DNA from: Alphaproteobacteria bacterium
GTDB lineage: Bacteria; Pseudomonadota; Alphaproteobacteria; SP197
Length of the DNA stretch: 64,000 nt
Direction of reading: 5' to 3'
NCBI GenBank assembly: GCA_964291415.2
Contig: OZ219920.1
Location: 352,001-416,000, forward strand
Shown here piece by piece: positions 30,020-40,951 of the stretch. The position numbers and the translations under genes are program-made. How positions within the stretch are numbered: the first letter of the stretch is position 1; each line of letters begins with the position of its first letter. The notes below the pieces were generated by a model, which saw nothing but the letters and a program-made list of their open reading frames with translations, made no database searches and was not told where the DNA came from.

Positions 30020-30145
30020 TGCGAACGGTCACGTCCGACTGACGCCGGCAGGTTTGCCATCCAGCGTGGCGGCGGCTATTGAACAGCAGACCTGAGGGAT
30101 CGGGCTGACGAGGGGAATGGGGCCCTCGTTCCGGGGATCTGCTTC

Positions 30146-31489
30146 ATGACGCTTTCGTTCCACAATACTCTCTCCCGGCGCAAGGAGACTCTGGTTCCCG
30201 TCGAGGCGGGCAAGGCCGGACTCTACGTGTGCGGGCCAACCGTCTACGACCTCATTCATCTTGGCAACGCCCGGCCGCTGGTGGTCTTCGATGTTCTCTT
30301 CCGCCTGCTGCGCCACCACTTCGGCGACGTTCATGTCACGTATGTGCGCAACATCACGGACATCGACGACAAGATCAACGCAGCGGCCCTGGAACGGGGC
30401 ATCCGGATCAGGGACTTCACGGCCGACACCATTGTCGCCTTTCACCGCGATGTCCGCGCGCTTGGATGTCTCGAACCGTCGGTCGAACCCCGCGCGACGG
30501 ACCACGTGGCGGCGATGATCACCCTCATCGGCCAACTCATCGAAAGGGGCCATGCCTACGAGGCCGAAGGCCACGTTCTCTTTGATGTGCCGTCATGGCC
30601 GGACTATGGCCGGCTCTCCGGCAACACGATGCAGGACATCATTGCCGGAGCCCGTCTGGATGTGGCTCCCTACAAGAGGAATGATGCCGACTTCGTGCTC
30701 TGGAAACCGTCCACGGGCGATCTTCCCGGATGGGAGAGCCCCTGGGGTTACGGGCGTCCGGGCTGGCACCTCGAGTGCTCCGCCATGAGCGCCTGCCATC
30801 TCGGACTGGACTTCGACATCCATGGCGGCGGCCACGACCTTGTCTTTCCACACCACGAGAACGAGATTGCCCAGACCTGTGCGGCACATCCTGACGCCGG
30901 ATTTGCCCGGATCTGGATGCACAACGGCTTTGTGACCGTCGACGGCGAGAAGATGGCCAAGTCTCTGGGCAATTTCCACACCGTGCAGGACCTCCTTGAA
31001 GACTGGTCGGGCGAGGTCCTGCGCCTGACCCTTCTCGGCACCCACTACCGCAAGCCCCTCGACTTCGGTTTCGAACTGCTGAGGCAGGCCAGGTCCCAGG
31101 TCACCCGCTTCTACCGCGCCCTTCTGGAGGCGGGGGACCCCCCGGCCGCGTCTCCTCCAGACGAGGTGGTCGAGGCGCTCGGCGATGATCTCAACACGCC
31201 GCGCGCGCTTGCCGTGATGCATGGTCTCGAGAGTCGGGTGCGCACTGGCGAAAGCGGAGCCGGCGGCGCGTTGCGTGGGGCAGGGGGGCTTCTTGGAATT
31301 CTCCAGGAGCCGGCAGAATCCTGGTTCCGGGGGACGATGGACGACGACATCGCCGAGGCGATTGCCAGGCGAGACGAAGCCCGGGCGAAAAAGGACTTCT
31401 GCATGGCGGACCGCATCCGCGATGAACTCAGGGACAGGGGAATCGAACTCATGGACGGCCCCGGGGGAACGACCTGGAGGCGAATCTGA
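30146..31489 (+). CDS. cysS: Cysteine-tRNA ligase
   Basis: [37 protein letters not shown]. Confidence 0.97.
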   Translation: MTLSFHNTLSRRKETLVPVEAGKAGLYVCGPTVYDLIHLGNARPLVVFDVLFRLLRHHFGDVHVTYVRNITDIDDKINAAALERGIRIRDFTADTIVAFHRDVRALGCLEPSVEPRATDHVAAMITLIGQLIERGHAYEAEGHVLFDVPSWPDYGRLSGNTMQDIIAGARLDVAPYKRNDADFVLWKPSTGDLPGWESPWGYGRPGWHLECSAMSACHLGLDFDIHGGGHDLVFPHHENEIAQTCAAHPDAGFARIWMHNGFVTVDGEKMAKSLGNFHTVQDLLEDWSGEVLRLTLLGTHYRKPLDFGFELLRQARSQVTRFYRALLEAGDPPAASPPDEVVEALGDDLNTPRALAVMHGLESRVRTGESGAGGALRGAGGLLGILQEPAESWFRGTMDDDIAEAIARRDEARAKKDFCMADRIRDELRDRGIELMDGPGGTTWRRI

Positions 31490-33078
31490 TGGGAGAGCGG
31501 GTCTACCTGTTCGACACAACCCTGCGCGACGGCGCCCAGACTCATGGCGTGTCGTTTTCCCATGCCGACAAGATCCAGATCTCCGAGGCTCTCGATCGCC
31601 TCGGCGTCGACTACATCGAGGGTGGATTTCCCGGAGCCAATCCCGTGGATGACGCCTTCTTCGCCGCGCCGCCGTCGTTCGCCCGGGCACGGTTTACCGC
31701 CTTTGGCATGACGCGCCGCGCCGGGCGCAGCGCCGCCAACGATCCGGGTCTCGCCGGTGTCATGGCCCCCGGTACGCCTGCAGTCTGTCTGGTCGGCAAG
31801 GCCTGGGGCTTTCACGTTGATCTGGCCCTCGGGATCACCAGGGACGAGAACATCGCCATGATCGCCGATTCCATGGCGCACATCGTTGCCAGCGGCGCCG
31901 AGGCCCTCTTCGATGCGGAGCACTTCTTCGATGGCTACAAGGCCGACAGCGGCTATGCCCTGGCCTGCGCCGAGGCGGCCCTCGAGGCGGGAGCGCGATG
32001 GGCGGTGCTGTGCGACACCAACGGCGGAACGCTTCCAGGGGAGGTGGGAGAGATCGTCGGCGACGTTGCGGCGCGCCTGGGGGGCGAGCGTCTCGGCATC
32101 CACGCCCACGATGACGCTGGAAACGCCGTCGCCAACTCCCTGGTCGCGGTGGATGCGGGCGTCCGCCAGGTGCAGGGGACGCTCAACGGCCTGGGAGAGC
32201 GCTGCGGCAACGCCAACCTGGTGTCGGTCATTCCGACACTCCTGCTCAAGACCGACTTCGAGACGGGGATCGGCGATGACGACCTGAAGCATCTGACGCG
32301 GGTCTCGCGCATGCTCGACGAGATGCTCAACAATCCGTCCGATCACCACGCGCCCTACGTCGGCAGCGCTGCCTTTGCCCACAAGGGCGGCCTGCATGTC
32401 TCGGCGGTGATGAAGGATCCGGCGACCTATGAACACGTTCCGCCGGAACGTGTCGGCAACCGCCGTCACATCGTGGTCTCCGGGCAATCGGGGCGTTCCA
32501 ACATCCTGGCCCGCCTCACCGAGGCGGGAATCGAGGTCGACGTCGACCATCCGCGCCTTGACAGCCTGGTCGACGAGGTCAAGGCCCGGGAGTTCGAGGG
32601 CTATTCCTATGACGGCGCCGGGGCGAGCTTCGAACTGCTCGCCCGGCGGATTCTGGGGACGGTCCCCACCTACTTCGAGGTCGAGAGCTTCCGGGTGCTC
32701 GTGGAGCGGCGACAGAACGCCCTTGGCAAGCTCGTGACGAGTTCGGAGGCGACCGTCAAGCTCGTCATCGGCGGCGAACGCCTGCTTTCGGTGGCCGAGG
32801 GCAACGGTCCCGTCGATGCCCTCAACCATGCCCTGGCGAAGGATCTCGGCAAGTACGCCGGCTACCTCGGTGGCTGGCGCCTGGTGGACTACAAGGTGAG
32901 AATCCTGTCGCCCACGGCCGGCACCGGGGCGGTGACGCGGGTCGTCATCGAGAGCACCGATGACGGCGACATGCCGTGGAGCACCGTCGGGGTTTCCGCC
33001 AACATCATCGACGCCTCGTTCCAGGCGCTCGTCGATTCCATCACCTACAAGCTGCTGCGCGAGAATGCGCCTGCCTGA
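31489..33078 (+). CDS. cimA: Citramalate synthase
   Basis: DTTLRDGAQ, DAEHFFDGYK, GERCGNANL, AFAHKGGLH, EGNGPV; downstream of cysS as in other alphaproteobacteria. Confidence 0.92.
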   Translation: MGERVYLFDTTLRDGAQTHGVSFSHADKIQISEALDRLGVDYIEGGFPGANPVDDAFFAAPPSFARARFTAFGMTRRAGRSAANDPGLAGVMAPGTPAVCLVGKAWGFHVDLALGITRDENIAMIADSMAHIVASGAEALFDAEHFFDGYKADSGYALACAEAALEAGARWAVLCDTNGGTLPGEVGEIVGDVAARLGGERLGIHAHDDAGNAVANSLVAVDAGVRQVQGTLNGLGERCGNANLVSVIPTLLLKTDFETGIGDDDLKHLTRVSRMLDEMLNNPSDHHAPYVGSAAFAHKGGLHVSAVMKDPATYEHVPPERVGNRRHIVVSGQSGRSNILARLTEAGIEVDVDHPRLDSLVDEVKAREFEGYSYDGAGASFELLARRILGTVPTYFEVESFRVLVERRQNALGKLVTSSEATVKLVIGGERLLSVAEGNGPVDALNHALAKDLGKYAGYLGGWRLVDYKVRILSPTAGTGAVTRVVIESTDDGDMPWSTVGVSANIIDASFQALVDSITYKLLRENAPA

Positions 33079-33797
33079 TGGCTCCGCCTGCCATCATTCT
33101 GGTGCGCCCCCAGCTCGGCTGGAACATCGGTGCGGCGGCCCGTGCCATGGCGAACTTCGGACTGGACGATCTGCGGATCGTGGCGCCGCGCGACGGCTGG
33201 CCCAATGAAGACGCCCGGGCGATGGCGACGGGAGCCGGAGAAGTTCTTGACCGCGCCAGGATTCATGCCACCGCGCGCGAGGCCGTCGGCGACCTCCATC
33301 GCCTGTGGGCCACCACCGCGCGGCATCGCGACATGGCCAAGCCCGTCCTCACGCCCGGCGAGGTGGCACGGGCCTGCCGTTCCGGGGATCTGCGGACCGG
33401 CATCCTCTTTGGTCCCGAGAGCACCGGCCTTGCCAACGACGAGGTGGTGCTCGCCGATGCCCTCGTGCGCATCCCCACCGCGGGCCCGCAGCGTTCGCTC
33501 AATCTCGCCCAGGCCGTCCTTGTGCTGGCCTGGGAGTGTGCCGGACCCGCCGAGGACGTCACGCAGTGGCACACCGCCGCCACACCTGCGACCATGGCGG
33601 AGTTCGACGGGTTCTTCGATCAGCTCGTCGGCGCCCTCGATTCATCGGGATTCCTGCGCAACCGGGAGCAGAGACCGGTGACGGTGCGCAACCTGCGCAC
33701 CATGTTCCAGCGCGCCGGTCTCTCCGGGAGGGAAGTGAGGACGCTGAGGGGCGTGGTGAGCGCGTTATCAGGACGTTCGGACGGGGATACGGTTTGA
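33078..33797 (+). CDS. trmJ: SPOUT tRNA methyltransferase (TrmJ/LasT)
   Basis: ILVRPQLGWNIGAAARAMANFG, LFGPESTGL, SLNLAQAV. Confidence 0.88.
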   Translation: MAPPAIILVRPQLGWNIGAAARAMANFGLDDLRIVAPRDGWPNEDARAMATGAGEVLDRARIHATAREAVGDLHRLWATTARHRDMAKPVLTPGEVARACRSGDLRTGILFGPESTGLANDEVVLADALVRIPTAGPQRSLNLAQAVLVLAWECAGPAEDVTQWHTAATPATMAEFDGFFDQLVGALDSSGFLRNREQRPVTVRNLRTMFQRAGLSGREVRTLRGVVSALSGRSDGDTV

Positions 33798-33822
33798 CAA
33801 GGCCGACGCGCTTGACTACAAG
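33794..33822 (+). promoter_or_regulatory. Sigma70 promoter of rpsD
   Basis: TTGACA-N17-TACAAG about 50 nt upstream of rpsD. Confidence 0.6.
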
Positions 33823-33872
33823 GCGCCGGCACTCTCTCCCGAGAACGTGAACAAGAGAACTGTGAAGGCCGG

Positions 33873-34493
33873 ATGACCAAGCGCCTGTCGTCGAAGTACA
33901 AGATCTGCCGCCGCAATGGCGAGAATCTCTGGGGCCGACCCAAGAGGTTCCTGACAAACCGGCTCTATGCGCCCGGTGAGCACGGCCAGTCGAGACGCCG
34001 CCGGCCGACCGACTACGGTGTCCAGCTTGCGGCCAAGCAGAAGCTCAAGGGCTATTACGGCAACATCACGGAACGCCAGTTCCGCCGTGTCTACGAGGAA
34101 GCCTACAGGCACCGCGGCGATACCATCGAGAACATGATCGGCCTTCTCGAACGCCGGCTCGATATCGTGATCTACCGCATGAAGTTCGTGCCGACGGTCT
34201 TTTCGGCCCGGCAGTTCGTCAATCACGGCCACATCCGCGTCAATGGACGCAAGGTCAACATTCCGAGCTACCGGGTGAAGCCCGAGGACGTGATCGAGGT
34301 CAAGGAGGCCTCCCGCGAACTGCCCCTCGTGCTCGAGGCCGTGGTGTCAGGCGACCGCGACGTGCCGGAGTACCTCGAAGTCGACATCGACCGCATGCGG
34401 GGCGTCTTCCACCGTACCCCGGCCTTCGCCGAGGTTCCCTATCCGGTCAGGATGGAGCCCAATCTCGTGGTGGAGTTCTACTCCAAGGCCTGA
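33873..34493 (+). CDS. rpsD: 30S ribosomal protein S4
   Basis: [48 protein letters not shown]. Confidence 0.98.
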   Translation: MTKRLSSKYKICRRNGENLWGRPKRFLTNRLYAPGEHGQSRRRRPTDYGVQLAAKQKLKGYYGNITERQFRRVYEEAYRHRGDTIENMIGLLERRLDIVIYRMKFVPTVFSARQFVNHGHIRVNGRKVNIPSYRVKPEDVIEVKEASRELPLVLEAVVSGDRDVPEYLEVDIDRMRGVFHRTPAFAEVPYPVRMEPNLVVEFYSKA

Positions 34494-35026
34494 TCCCCCG
34501 GCGCAACGGGTTCATTACGAGCCGGCGCCTTTTCTTCGCACCGATCATTGTCCGTGACCCTCGGCGCATGTCCCCACGCCGGAACACGCCGCCCGGATTG
34601 CTCCTTGCCTGGTCGTTGGACACCGATCGCCCGCATGGCCAGCATTCGGCAACGGCGGGCGCCAGGACATCCGCATTGCTGGTGACCAGCACCCCGGACA
34701 CTGCAGAGAGCAGGCCGGATCGGTCGAACGAAACGGAGGCGAAACCGGACGCTGCTGCTCTTCCAGAGGCAGCGGCTCCACCACCGGCGCGAGGTGCGGC
34801 ACGGCCGGAGACCGGCGGCGCCGGCGCCGTTCGTTCTTCGCAAGGTGAGCGTCCGGAGGCCGCGGCCCCGGCATCTCCTTGCCCGTCTCCGGGTCGACCG
34901 GCCGCGGACGGTTGAGCGCCGTCGCGTCGCGTGTCAGCCCGAGGGCCCGGTGTTGTCTCGCACATTGTTTGACCGCGGGTTTTCCGGATTGGCGGATTGT
35001 TTCGATGCTGTTCCGGCGGTGTCCGC

Positions 35027-37789
35027 TCAGAAGTCCACTGCAATCAGCCCCATTTCCCTGGCGCGGCGCACCGCCTCGGTCCGCTTGCGCACACCGAGTT
35101 TGGTGAACAGCTTGCGGATGTGATAGCGCACGCCATACGCGCTCAGACCGAGCTCGGCGGCGATCACCTTGTCCCGCTGGCTTGCGAGCCGCTGCAGCAC
35201 TTCCTTCTCGCGCTCGCTCAGAACCGGATGCCGCGGGTTGTCCGCCCGATCCATCGCCGTCAGAAGCAGTCGCGCAGTTTCCCGGTCAGCACCGTCCGGC
35301 ACCCCTTCCAGCAGTGCGGCAAGGGCCTGGCGACAGTCCTCGCGTTCCCGCACCAGCGGTCCGGCGTATGGCGTCTTCGCGTACAACCGCAGGTACGACT
35401 CCAGATGTCCGGACGCCGCCGCCTCGCCTGCCCGAATCTCGAGCACCGCCGACAGCGCCAGCGCGCGCATCAGCGTCCGTCTCAACCCCCTTTCGGCTGC
35501 CAGCGCGCGCAACTCGTCGGCGAAACCGCGGCCCTCCTCGAAGCGCTCGCTCCCGATGAACAGGCGCAGCCGCGCGCAGGACACCGCCTCCATTTCCCGC
35601 CAGCTCTGACCCGTCAGGTCCAGGCAGTCGGCCGGACGCTCCGGCAGATCGTCTGACGTCCATGCGCTTTCCGCTTCAACGATTCGTCCGGCGATCGCCA
35701 GCAAGGAAACCCTGAGCGCCGACACGTACCTGGCCAGCGCCGGCAATCGGACACCCCGCACGTAGCCCAGCATGGCTTCCGCAGATGCCAGCGCACTCTC
35801 CGCGCCCTCGTCCCGCAGCTTGATCGCCAGCGCCGTGCCGCTCGCCGCGGCATAGGCCTGGAAGGGCGAACTGCCCGTCGCCAGCACTTCGGGAATGCCG
35901 ACCGGCTCCGCGTCGGGCAGGGCGCGGCCGCATTCCTGCGCAAGTTCCCGCAGCAGGACCCCGCAAATCGCGACCGGCTCGCTGCCGGCCCCGTAACTTT
36001 CCCTGGCGACCCTTTCGGCGCTGCCGTAGTACGCCGCTGCGTCCTTCACCTGGCCCTGCGCCATGGCGATTTGCCCGACATGAATGTCAATGAACATCGT
36101 CATCCAGCGGCTGCGGCGCAGGCACTCCCGCGCCCGCACGGCATGATCGAGCGCGGCTTCGAAAGTCGCCGTCATGCTGCCCGCCAGGCAGAGGCTGTAC
36201 TCCATGATGCCCCGCGTCAGGGCATCGATACGCGATGAGGCTGCAAGCCGTGCGACCTCGGACAGATGCCTGCGAAACAACTCCGAGCCGAGGGGCTCGC
36301 CGCCATACAGGACGATCATGCCACGAACCACGCAATGGTCCACCGCCAGCTCCAGCGCCGCGTCGCCGGCATCGTCTTCCAGATTCCCGATGAACGCGGC
36401 GAGGGAACGGTATCTCTCTTTCGCCTCGTCCATCCGCCCCGACAGGATCAACGCCAGACAGCGCGCCAGTCCCAGACGCGGCCGCGCGGCGATCACTCCC
36501 TCGCTCAGCCGACGTTCGGCGTCCCGGAACTGAACCAGCCCTTCGCGGGAGAACAGGCGAGGGCCGCCCGCGCGCTCCATGATCTCGCCGGCGAGTTCTG
36601 CCTCATCCGCTTCAACGGCATGACCCATGGCAGCAGCGGTCTGACCCCGGCGTTCAAGGGCGCCGGCAATACGCCGGTGGATCGTCCGATAGCGCTGCGG
36701 CGTCTCCCGGAAGCGCCGTCTTACGCAATGTTCCCGGATCAGCGGATGCAGCCGCCAGACATCCGTTGCGCCGTCGGGCACCGGCTCGAGCATCCCCACC
36801 AGGAGGGATATGCTGTTGATCCGATGCATGGAGTCGGTTCTCTCAAGCGCTTCGTCGACAAGCGCGGCATCGATCCACTCGAACAGGCCGATATCGAGCA
36901 GAAACTCCCGGTCTTCCGCCCCGAGCCCGGCGAAGAGCCGGGACTCCACCCAGTTCTCGACGAATTGCTGCGATGCGCGCGTGTCATTCCTCCTGTTGCT
37001 CCCCATTTCGTTTCGGGAAATCCTCAGCGCAAAAGGCCAGCCACCCGATTCCGACATCAGTTCGCTCACCCGTTCTCGGCTGAGCGTCCCCTCGAAGAAC
37101 GCGGCCACCTCCGAGCGGGAGAACCGCAGGTCCTCCGTCGCAAGGATCGCACCGCGGCCCTCCAGCACGGCGCCGGCGACGTTCACGCCGGCGGGGAGAT
37201 CTCGGCATGCGAACGCGAGGTGCAGATTGGGCGGACCACGCTCCAGCAGCAAATCAATCAACGCTACGGAGTGAGGGTTCGCCAAGCGCTCCAACTCGTC
37301 GAACGCCAACACGAAGGGCCCGTCGAGATCAGCGATCTTGCGCATCGCAATCAGGGTGCGAGGTTCCGTCTCGTCCCGCAGCTGGCCCAGGTCCGAGTTC
37401 GCAAGGCCTTCCAACCCGGAGATGGAGCCAGCGGTGGCGCTCTGGCATGCGTAGGCAATGTAAGTGTCCAGAACGGCGGGCTCGTCCTGTTCATCCACGG
37501 AAACCCACGCGGTCGCGACCCCTTGCTCTCGCACGCGCCGGCAGCATTCGGCAAGCACGATCGTCTTGCCGAATCCGCCAGGTGCCTGCAGCACCGTGAG
37601 GCGGCGTTGCGTCGGCATGGCGCGCTCCACCAATTCGGCGCGGTGGAGACAACCGGCCACCGGCTCGGGCACGACGATCTTCTGACCCAGAAGCCAGGGA
37701 AGCGGCTCCCGGTCCCCGGAGGCACCGTCCAGGGCCGCGGGGGATCTCCCCGGGCCGGCGACCTGCGTATTCGAAACGGTTTCGCTCAT
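35027..37789 (-). CDS. MalT-like ATP-dependent LuxR-family transcriptional regulator
   Basis: Walker A APGGFGKT, LRFSRSE, GGWPFAL, RLHPLIRE; C-terminal LuxR HTH LSEREKEVL...IAAELGLS..GVRYHIRKLFTKLGV. Confidence 0.9.
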   Translation of the reverse strand: MSETVSNTQVAGPGRSPAALDGASGDREPLPWLLGQKIVVPEPVAGCLHRAELVERAMPTQRRLTVLQAPGGFGKTIVLAECCRRVREQGVATAWVSVDEQDEPAVLDTYIAYACQSATAGSISGLEGLANSDLGQLRDETEPRTLIAMRKIADLDGPFVLAFDELERLANPHSVALIDLLLERGPPNLHLAFACRDLPAGVNVAGAVLEGRGAILATEDLRFSRSEVAAFFEGTLSRERVSELMSESGGWPFALRISRNEMGSNRRNDTRASQQFVENWVESRLFAGLGAEDREFLLDIGLFEWIDAALVDEALERTDSMHRINSISLLVGMLEPVPDGATDVWRLHPLIREHCVRRRFRETPQRYRTIHRRIAGALERRGQTAAAMGHAVEADEAELAGEIMERAGGPRLFSREGLVQFRDAERRLSEGVIAARPRLGLARCLALILSGRMDEAKERYRSLAAFIGNLEDDAGDAALELAVDHCVVRGMIVLYGGEPLGSELFRRHLSEVARLAASSRIDALTRGIMEYSLCLAGSMTATFEAALDHAVRARECLRRSRWMTMFIDIHVGQIAMAQGQVKDAAAYYGSAERVARESYGAGSEPVAICGVLLRELAQECGRALPDAEPVGIPEVLATGSSPFQAYAAASGTALAIKLRDEGAESALASAEAMLGYVRGVRLPALARYVSALRVSLLAIAGRIVEAESAWTSDDLPERPADCLDLTGQSWREMEAVSCARLRLFIGSERFEEGRGFADELRALAAERGLRRTLMRALALSAVLEIRAGEAAASGHLESYLRLYAKTPYAGPLVREREDCRQALAALLEGVPDGADRETARLLLTAMDRADNPRHPVLSEREKEVLQRLASQRDKVIAAELGLSAYGVRYHIRKLFTKLGVRKRTEAVRRAREMGLIAVDF

Positions 37790-37946
37790 CCCACCTGCCA
37801 CGCCGCGGAGAACAGGCCGCGTCCACAATGCGCGCCGTTCCATTGGACGGCAGCAACCTTCATCGTGCGCAACCCGTCCCTGCACATTGCCTGCTTGCCG
37901 CACACGGACTTGCTGCAAACATAGCCCTTGGACAAGGGACGCGCAT

Positions 37947-38018
37947 CCCAACAAATGTGTAGCGTATATTGTTGGCGGTACTACACATTTATGGGTCAAT
38001 TACTACATGTAAGTTGGC
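37947..38018. promoter_or_regulatory. Candidate operator: 10-bp inverted repeat plus a third half-site
   Basis: AAATGTGTAG(37953-37962)-N18-CTACACATTT(37981-37990), then ACTACATGTAAG; AT-rich intergenic region upstream of luxR. Confidence 0.5.
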
Positions 38019-38206
38019 TTCTCTACACAACAAATTCCCTTCCGGCGGGTCATTTCACAGGTCTTAATTCAATTGTCTTGACCGTGCCGAAACCTTGCTC
38101 ATACCGTCATGGAGGGGCGTCCGCGACCGACCGTCAACACCGGCGTCTGGCATGCCCGACCCAGACGAATTACTCGCAATTCTTGTCACAGCCGAGCGAC
38201 TCGTGA

Positions 38207-39871
38207 GTGCACGACATGCCCACACTGACGCCAGATAGCACGCCTGCCCAAGGTGGCGGCGCAATTCCACTCGAAAATGCAGCCAGTCGCGTTCTCCGCG
38301 CGATCGCCTGCGCCGCGATACTCGGCCTCGCGGTCGCGACGCTCGCCGCAACGTCATTCGCAACCGAACCCAGACCGGGCGGCACCCTGGTCGTCGCCGC
38401 CGGACCGGGCCTGCGCCACCTCAATCCCGCAGTGCAATCCGGCGCCCACGCCGGTATCGGCGTGCAGCTTTTCGCCGGGCTGGTGCGGGCCGACGACGCG
38501 TTCCAGCCTCAACCCTATCTGGCCGAGCGCTGGGAGGTCTCCGAGGACGGCCTGAACCACACGTTCCATCTCGTCGCCGACGCCCGTTTCCATGACGGCA
38601 CGCCGGTCACGTCGGAAGACGTCGCCTTCTCGCTCGCCGTCGTGAAGGAGCACCACCCGTTCGGGATCGCCATGTTCGATGCCGTCGACCGGGTGGATAC
38701 CCCCGACGCACACACCGCGGTGATACGTCTGTCCAAGCCTCACCCGGCGTTGATGCAGTCCCTGGTTCCCCTGCTCATGCCCATCCTGCCGAAGCATGTC
38801 TTCGGGGACGGCCAGGATCCGAAGACCCACCCCATGAACGCCGCACCCGTCGGCTCTGGTCCCTTCAGGTTCAAGGAGTGGATAAGGGGCGGGCACGTGA
38901 TCCTCGAGCGCAACGACGACTTCTTCCTCGAAGGACGGCCTCTTCTCGACCGGATCGTCGTCAGGTTTTTCAACCTGCCTTCGGTGCGCATGCTCGCGCT
39001 GGAAAAGGGCGAAGTCGACTACTACCCGTTCGCGGGCGTGCGCTTCCGGGACATCCCGAGAATCGCCGACAACCCCGATCTCAGCGTGAGTACCAGGGGC
39101 TACGAGGCGTTCGGCCCGGTCAACTATGTCGAGTTCAACCTGCGAGGGCCGCCCTTCGACGACCTGCGGGTTCGCCGGGCGGTTGCCTACGCCATCGACC
39201 AGGACTTCATGGTGAACACGCTGCACGGGGGCCTGCCGCGACCGGGCCACGGCCCGCTGCACAGCTCGAGCCCGTTCCACGTCGACGGGCTGAACGAGTA
39301 TCCGGTGAACCTGGCGCGCGCGCGGGCCCTGCTCGACCAGGCCGGCTACGCACCGGATACGGAAGGCGTGCGCTTGCGGGTCACTCTTGACTACCCTCCG
39401 TTTCACGCCGACAGCCTCGCCACCGGCGCCGAGTACATCAAGGTCCAGCTGAAGAAAGTCGGCATCGCGGTCGATCTGCGTGCGCCGACCGACTTTGCGA
39501 GCTGGGCGCAGCGCATCGGCTCCTGGAACTACCGCTTCACCATGAACAGCCACTGGACCTACCCCGATCCGGTCATCGGCGTGCACCGGATCTACCTCTG
39601 CGGCAACATCCGCAAGACGATCTGGTCGAACACCCAGGGCTATTGCAACGAGCGCGTGGACACGCTGCTCCGGATGGCGGGATCGGCCCTCGACATCGCC
39701 AGGCGCAAGGAGTTCTACGCGGAGTTCCAGCGCATCGTCAGCGAGGATCTGCCCTTCTACTTCGTCAACGAGGAGCCCTATGTCACGCTATCGCACAGGT
39801 CGGTCATGGATCCGCCGGAGACGGGGTGGGGCCCCATGCAGCCCCTGGACCGGGTCTGGCTCGATCGCTGA
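38207..39871 (+). CDS. Peptide/nickel (family 5) ABC substrate-binding protein; start uncertain
   Basis: PYLAERWEVSEDG, FHDGTPVTSEDV, PVGSGPF, VRRAVAYAID. Confidence 0.9.
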   Translation: MHDMPTLTPDSTPAQGGGAIPLENAASRVLRAIACAAILGLAVATLAATSFATEPRPGGTLVVAAGPGLRHLNPAVQSGAHAGIGVQLFAGLVRADDAFQPQPYLAERWEVSEDGLNHTFHLVADARFHDGTPVTSEDVAFSLAVVKEHHPFGIAMFDAVDRVDTPDAHTAVIRLSKPHPALMQSLVPLLMPILPKHVFGDGQDPKTHPMNAAPVGSGPFRFKEWIRGGHVILERNDDFFLEGRPLLDRIVVRFFNLPSVRMLALEKGEVDYYPFAGVRFRDIPRIADNPDLSVSTRGYEAFGPVNYVEFNLRGPPFDDLRVRRAVAYAIDQDFMVNTLHGGLPRPGHGPLHSSSPFHVDGLNEYPVNLARARALLDQAGYAPDTEGVRLRVTLDYPPFHADSLATGAEYIKVQLKKVGIAVDLRAPTDFASWAQRIGSWNYRFTMNSHWTYPDPVIGVHRIYLCGNIRKTIWSNTQGYCNERVDTLLRMAGSALDIARRKEFYAEFQRIVSEDLPFYFVNEEPYVTLSHRSVMDPPETGWGPMQPLDRVWLDR

Positions 39872-39952
39872 GCCGTCCCTGACCACGCCGGGGCGCCCGG
39901 TCCTTTCCCGCTGTCGGCCGGGTCCCGTCAAGGCACTTCGGGTACCGGAGGC

Positions 39953-40951
39953 ATGCAGTTCATCCTGACCCTCGGACGCCGGCTCCTCGGCGCCGCCGCG
40001 CTGATCGCGGCGGTTCTCATCCTCAACTTCACGCTGATCCACCTGGCGCCCGGCGATCCGGCGCTGACCATCGCGGGCGGAATGGGAGGCCTCACCGAGG
40101 AGATCCTCCGCGACGTCCGCCGCGCCTACGGCCTCGACGCCCCCCTCCATCGCCAGTTCCTCCTCTACATGGAACTCGTGCTGTCGGGCGATCTCGGCCG
40201 CTCGCTGTTTTACAATGCGCCGGTCCTCGACCTCATCCTCGACCGCCTGGGCCCGACGGTCCTGCTCGTCCTGGCCGCGATGTCGATCGCGCTCATCCTC
40301 GGCACCTTCCTGGGCGTGCTCGCTTCGCGCAAGCCGGGAGGTGTCGTAGCCAACCTCGTCACGGCTTTCACGCTCGCCGGCTATTGCGCGCCTGTATTCT
40401 GGGTCGGGATCCTGCTGCTGCTCGTCTTTTCCGCCGCGATTCCCCTCTTTCCCCTGTCCGGCATGTACGACGTCCGCGCCGACAGCGCGGGCTTGCTCCG
40501 GGTGCTCGACGTCGCCCATCACCTGATGCTGCCGGCGATCACGCTCTCCATCGTTTTCCTCGCGCAGTACAGCCGGATTGCGCGCGCCAGCATGATCGAC
40601 GTGCTGGGCGCCGACTACATCCGGACGGCGCGCGCCAAGGGGCTGAGCGACTGCGGCGTGCTCTACGGGCATGCGCTGCGCAATGCGGCGCTGCCCGTGG
40701 TCACCCTCGCCGGCTTGCAGTTCGGCAACGTGCTCTCCGGCGCGGTGCTGGTCGAAACGGTGTTCGACTGGCCGGGCCTGGGTCTGCTCGCCTTCGAATC
40801 GATCCTGCGCCGCGACTATCCCACCGTCCTCGGCATCCTCTTGTTCGCAACCGCGATGGTGGTCGCCGCCAACGTCCTCACCGACATCGCCTATCGCATC
40901 GTCGATCCCCGGATTTGCGCCGGGACCGACGCGCCGAACATCGCAAGATGA
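39953..40951 (+). CDS. Peptide ABC permease (DppB-like)
   Basis: HLAPGDP, GDLGRS, DYIRTARAKGL, HALRNA, ETVFDWPGLG, DPRI. Confidence 0.92.
   Translation: MQFILTLGRRLLGAAALIAAVLILNFTLIHLAPGDPALTIAGGMGGLTEEILRDVRRAYGLDAPLHRQFLLYMELVLSGDLGRSLFYNAPVLDLILDRLGPTVLLVLAAMSIALILGTFLGVLASRKPGGVVANLVTAFTLAGYCAPVFWVGILLLLVFSAAIPLFPLSGMYDVRADSAGLLRVLDVAHHLMLPAITLSIVFLAQYSRIARASMIDVLGADYIRTARAKGLSDCGVLYGHALRNAALPVVTLAGLQFGNVLSGAVLVETVFDWPGLGLLAFESILRRDYPTVLGILLFATAMVVAANVLTDIAYRIVDPRICAGTDAPNIAR

Noticed and set aside
34568-34915. Ala/Pro-rich ORF after rpsD
   Set aside because: Low complexity, no RBS or domain evidence
38170-38280. Cys-containing minus-strand tail (SCTHESLGCDKNCE) as a third Cys-rich paralog
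   Set aside because: Does not align with the 43618 motifs; too short to support
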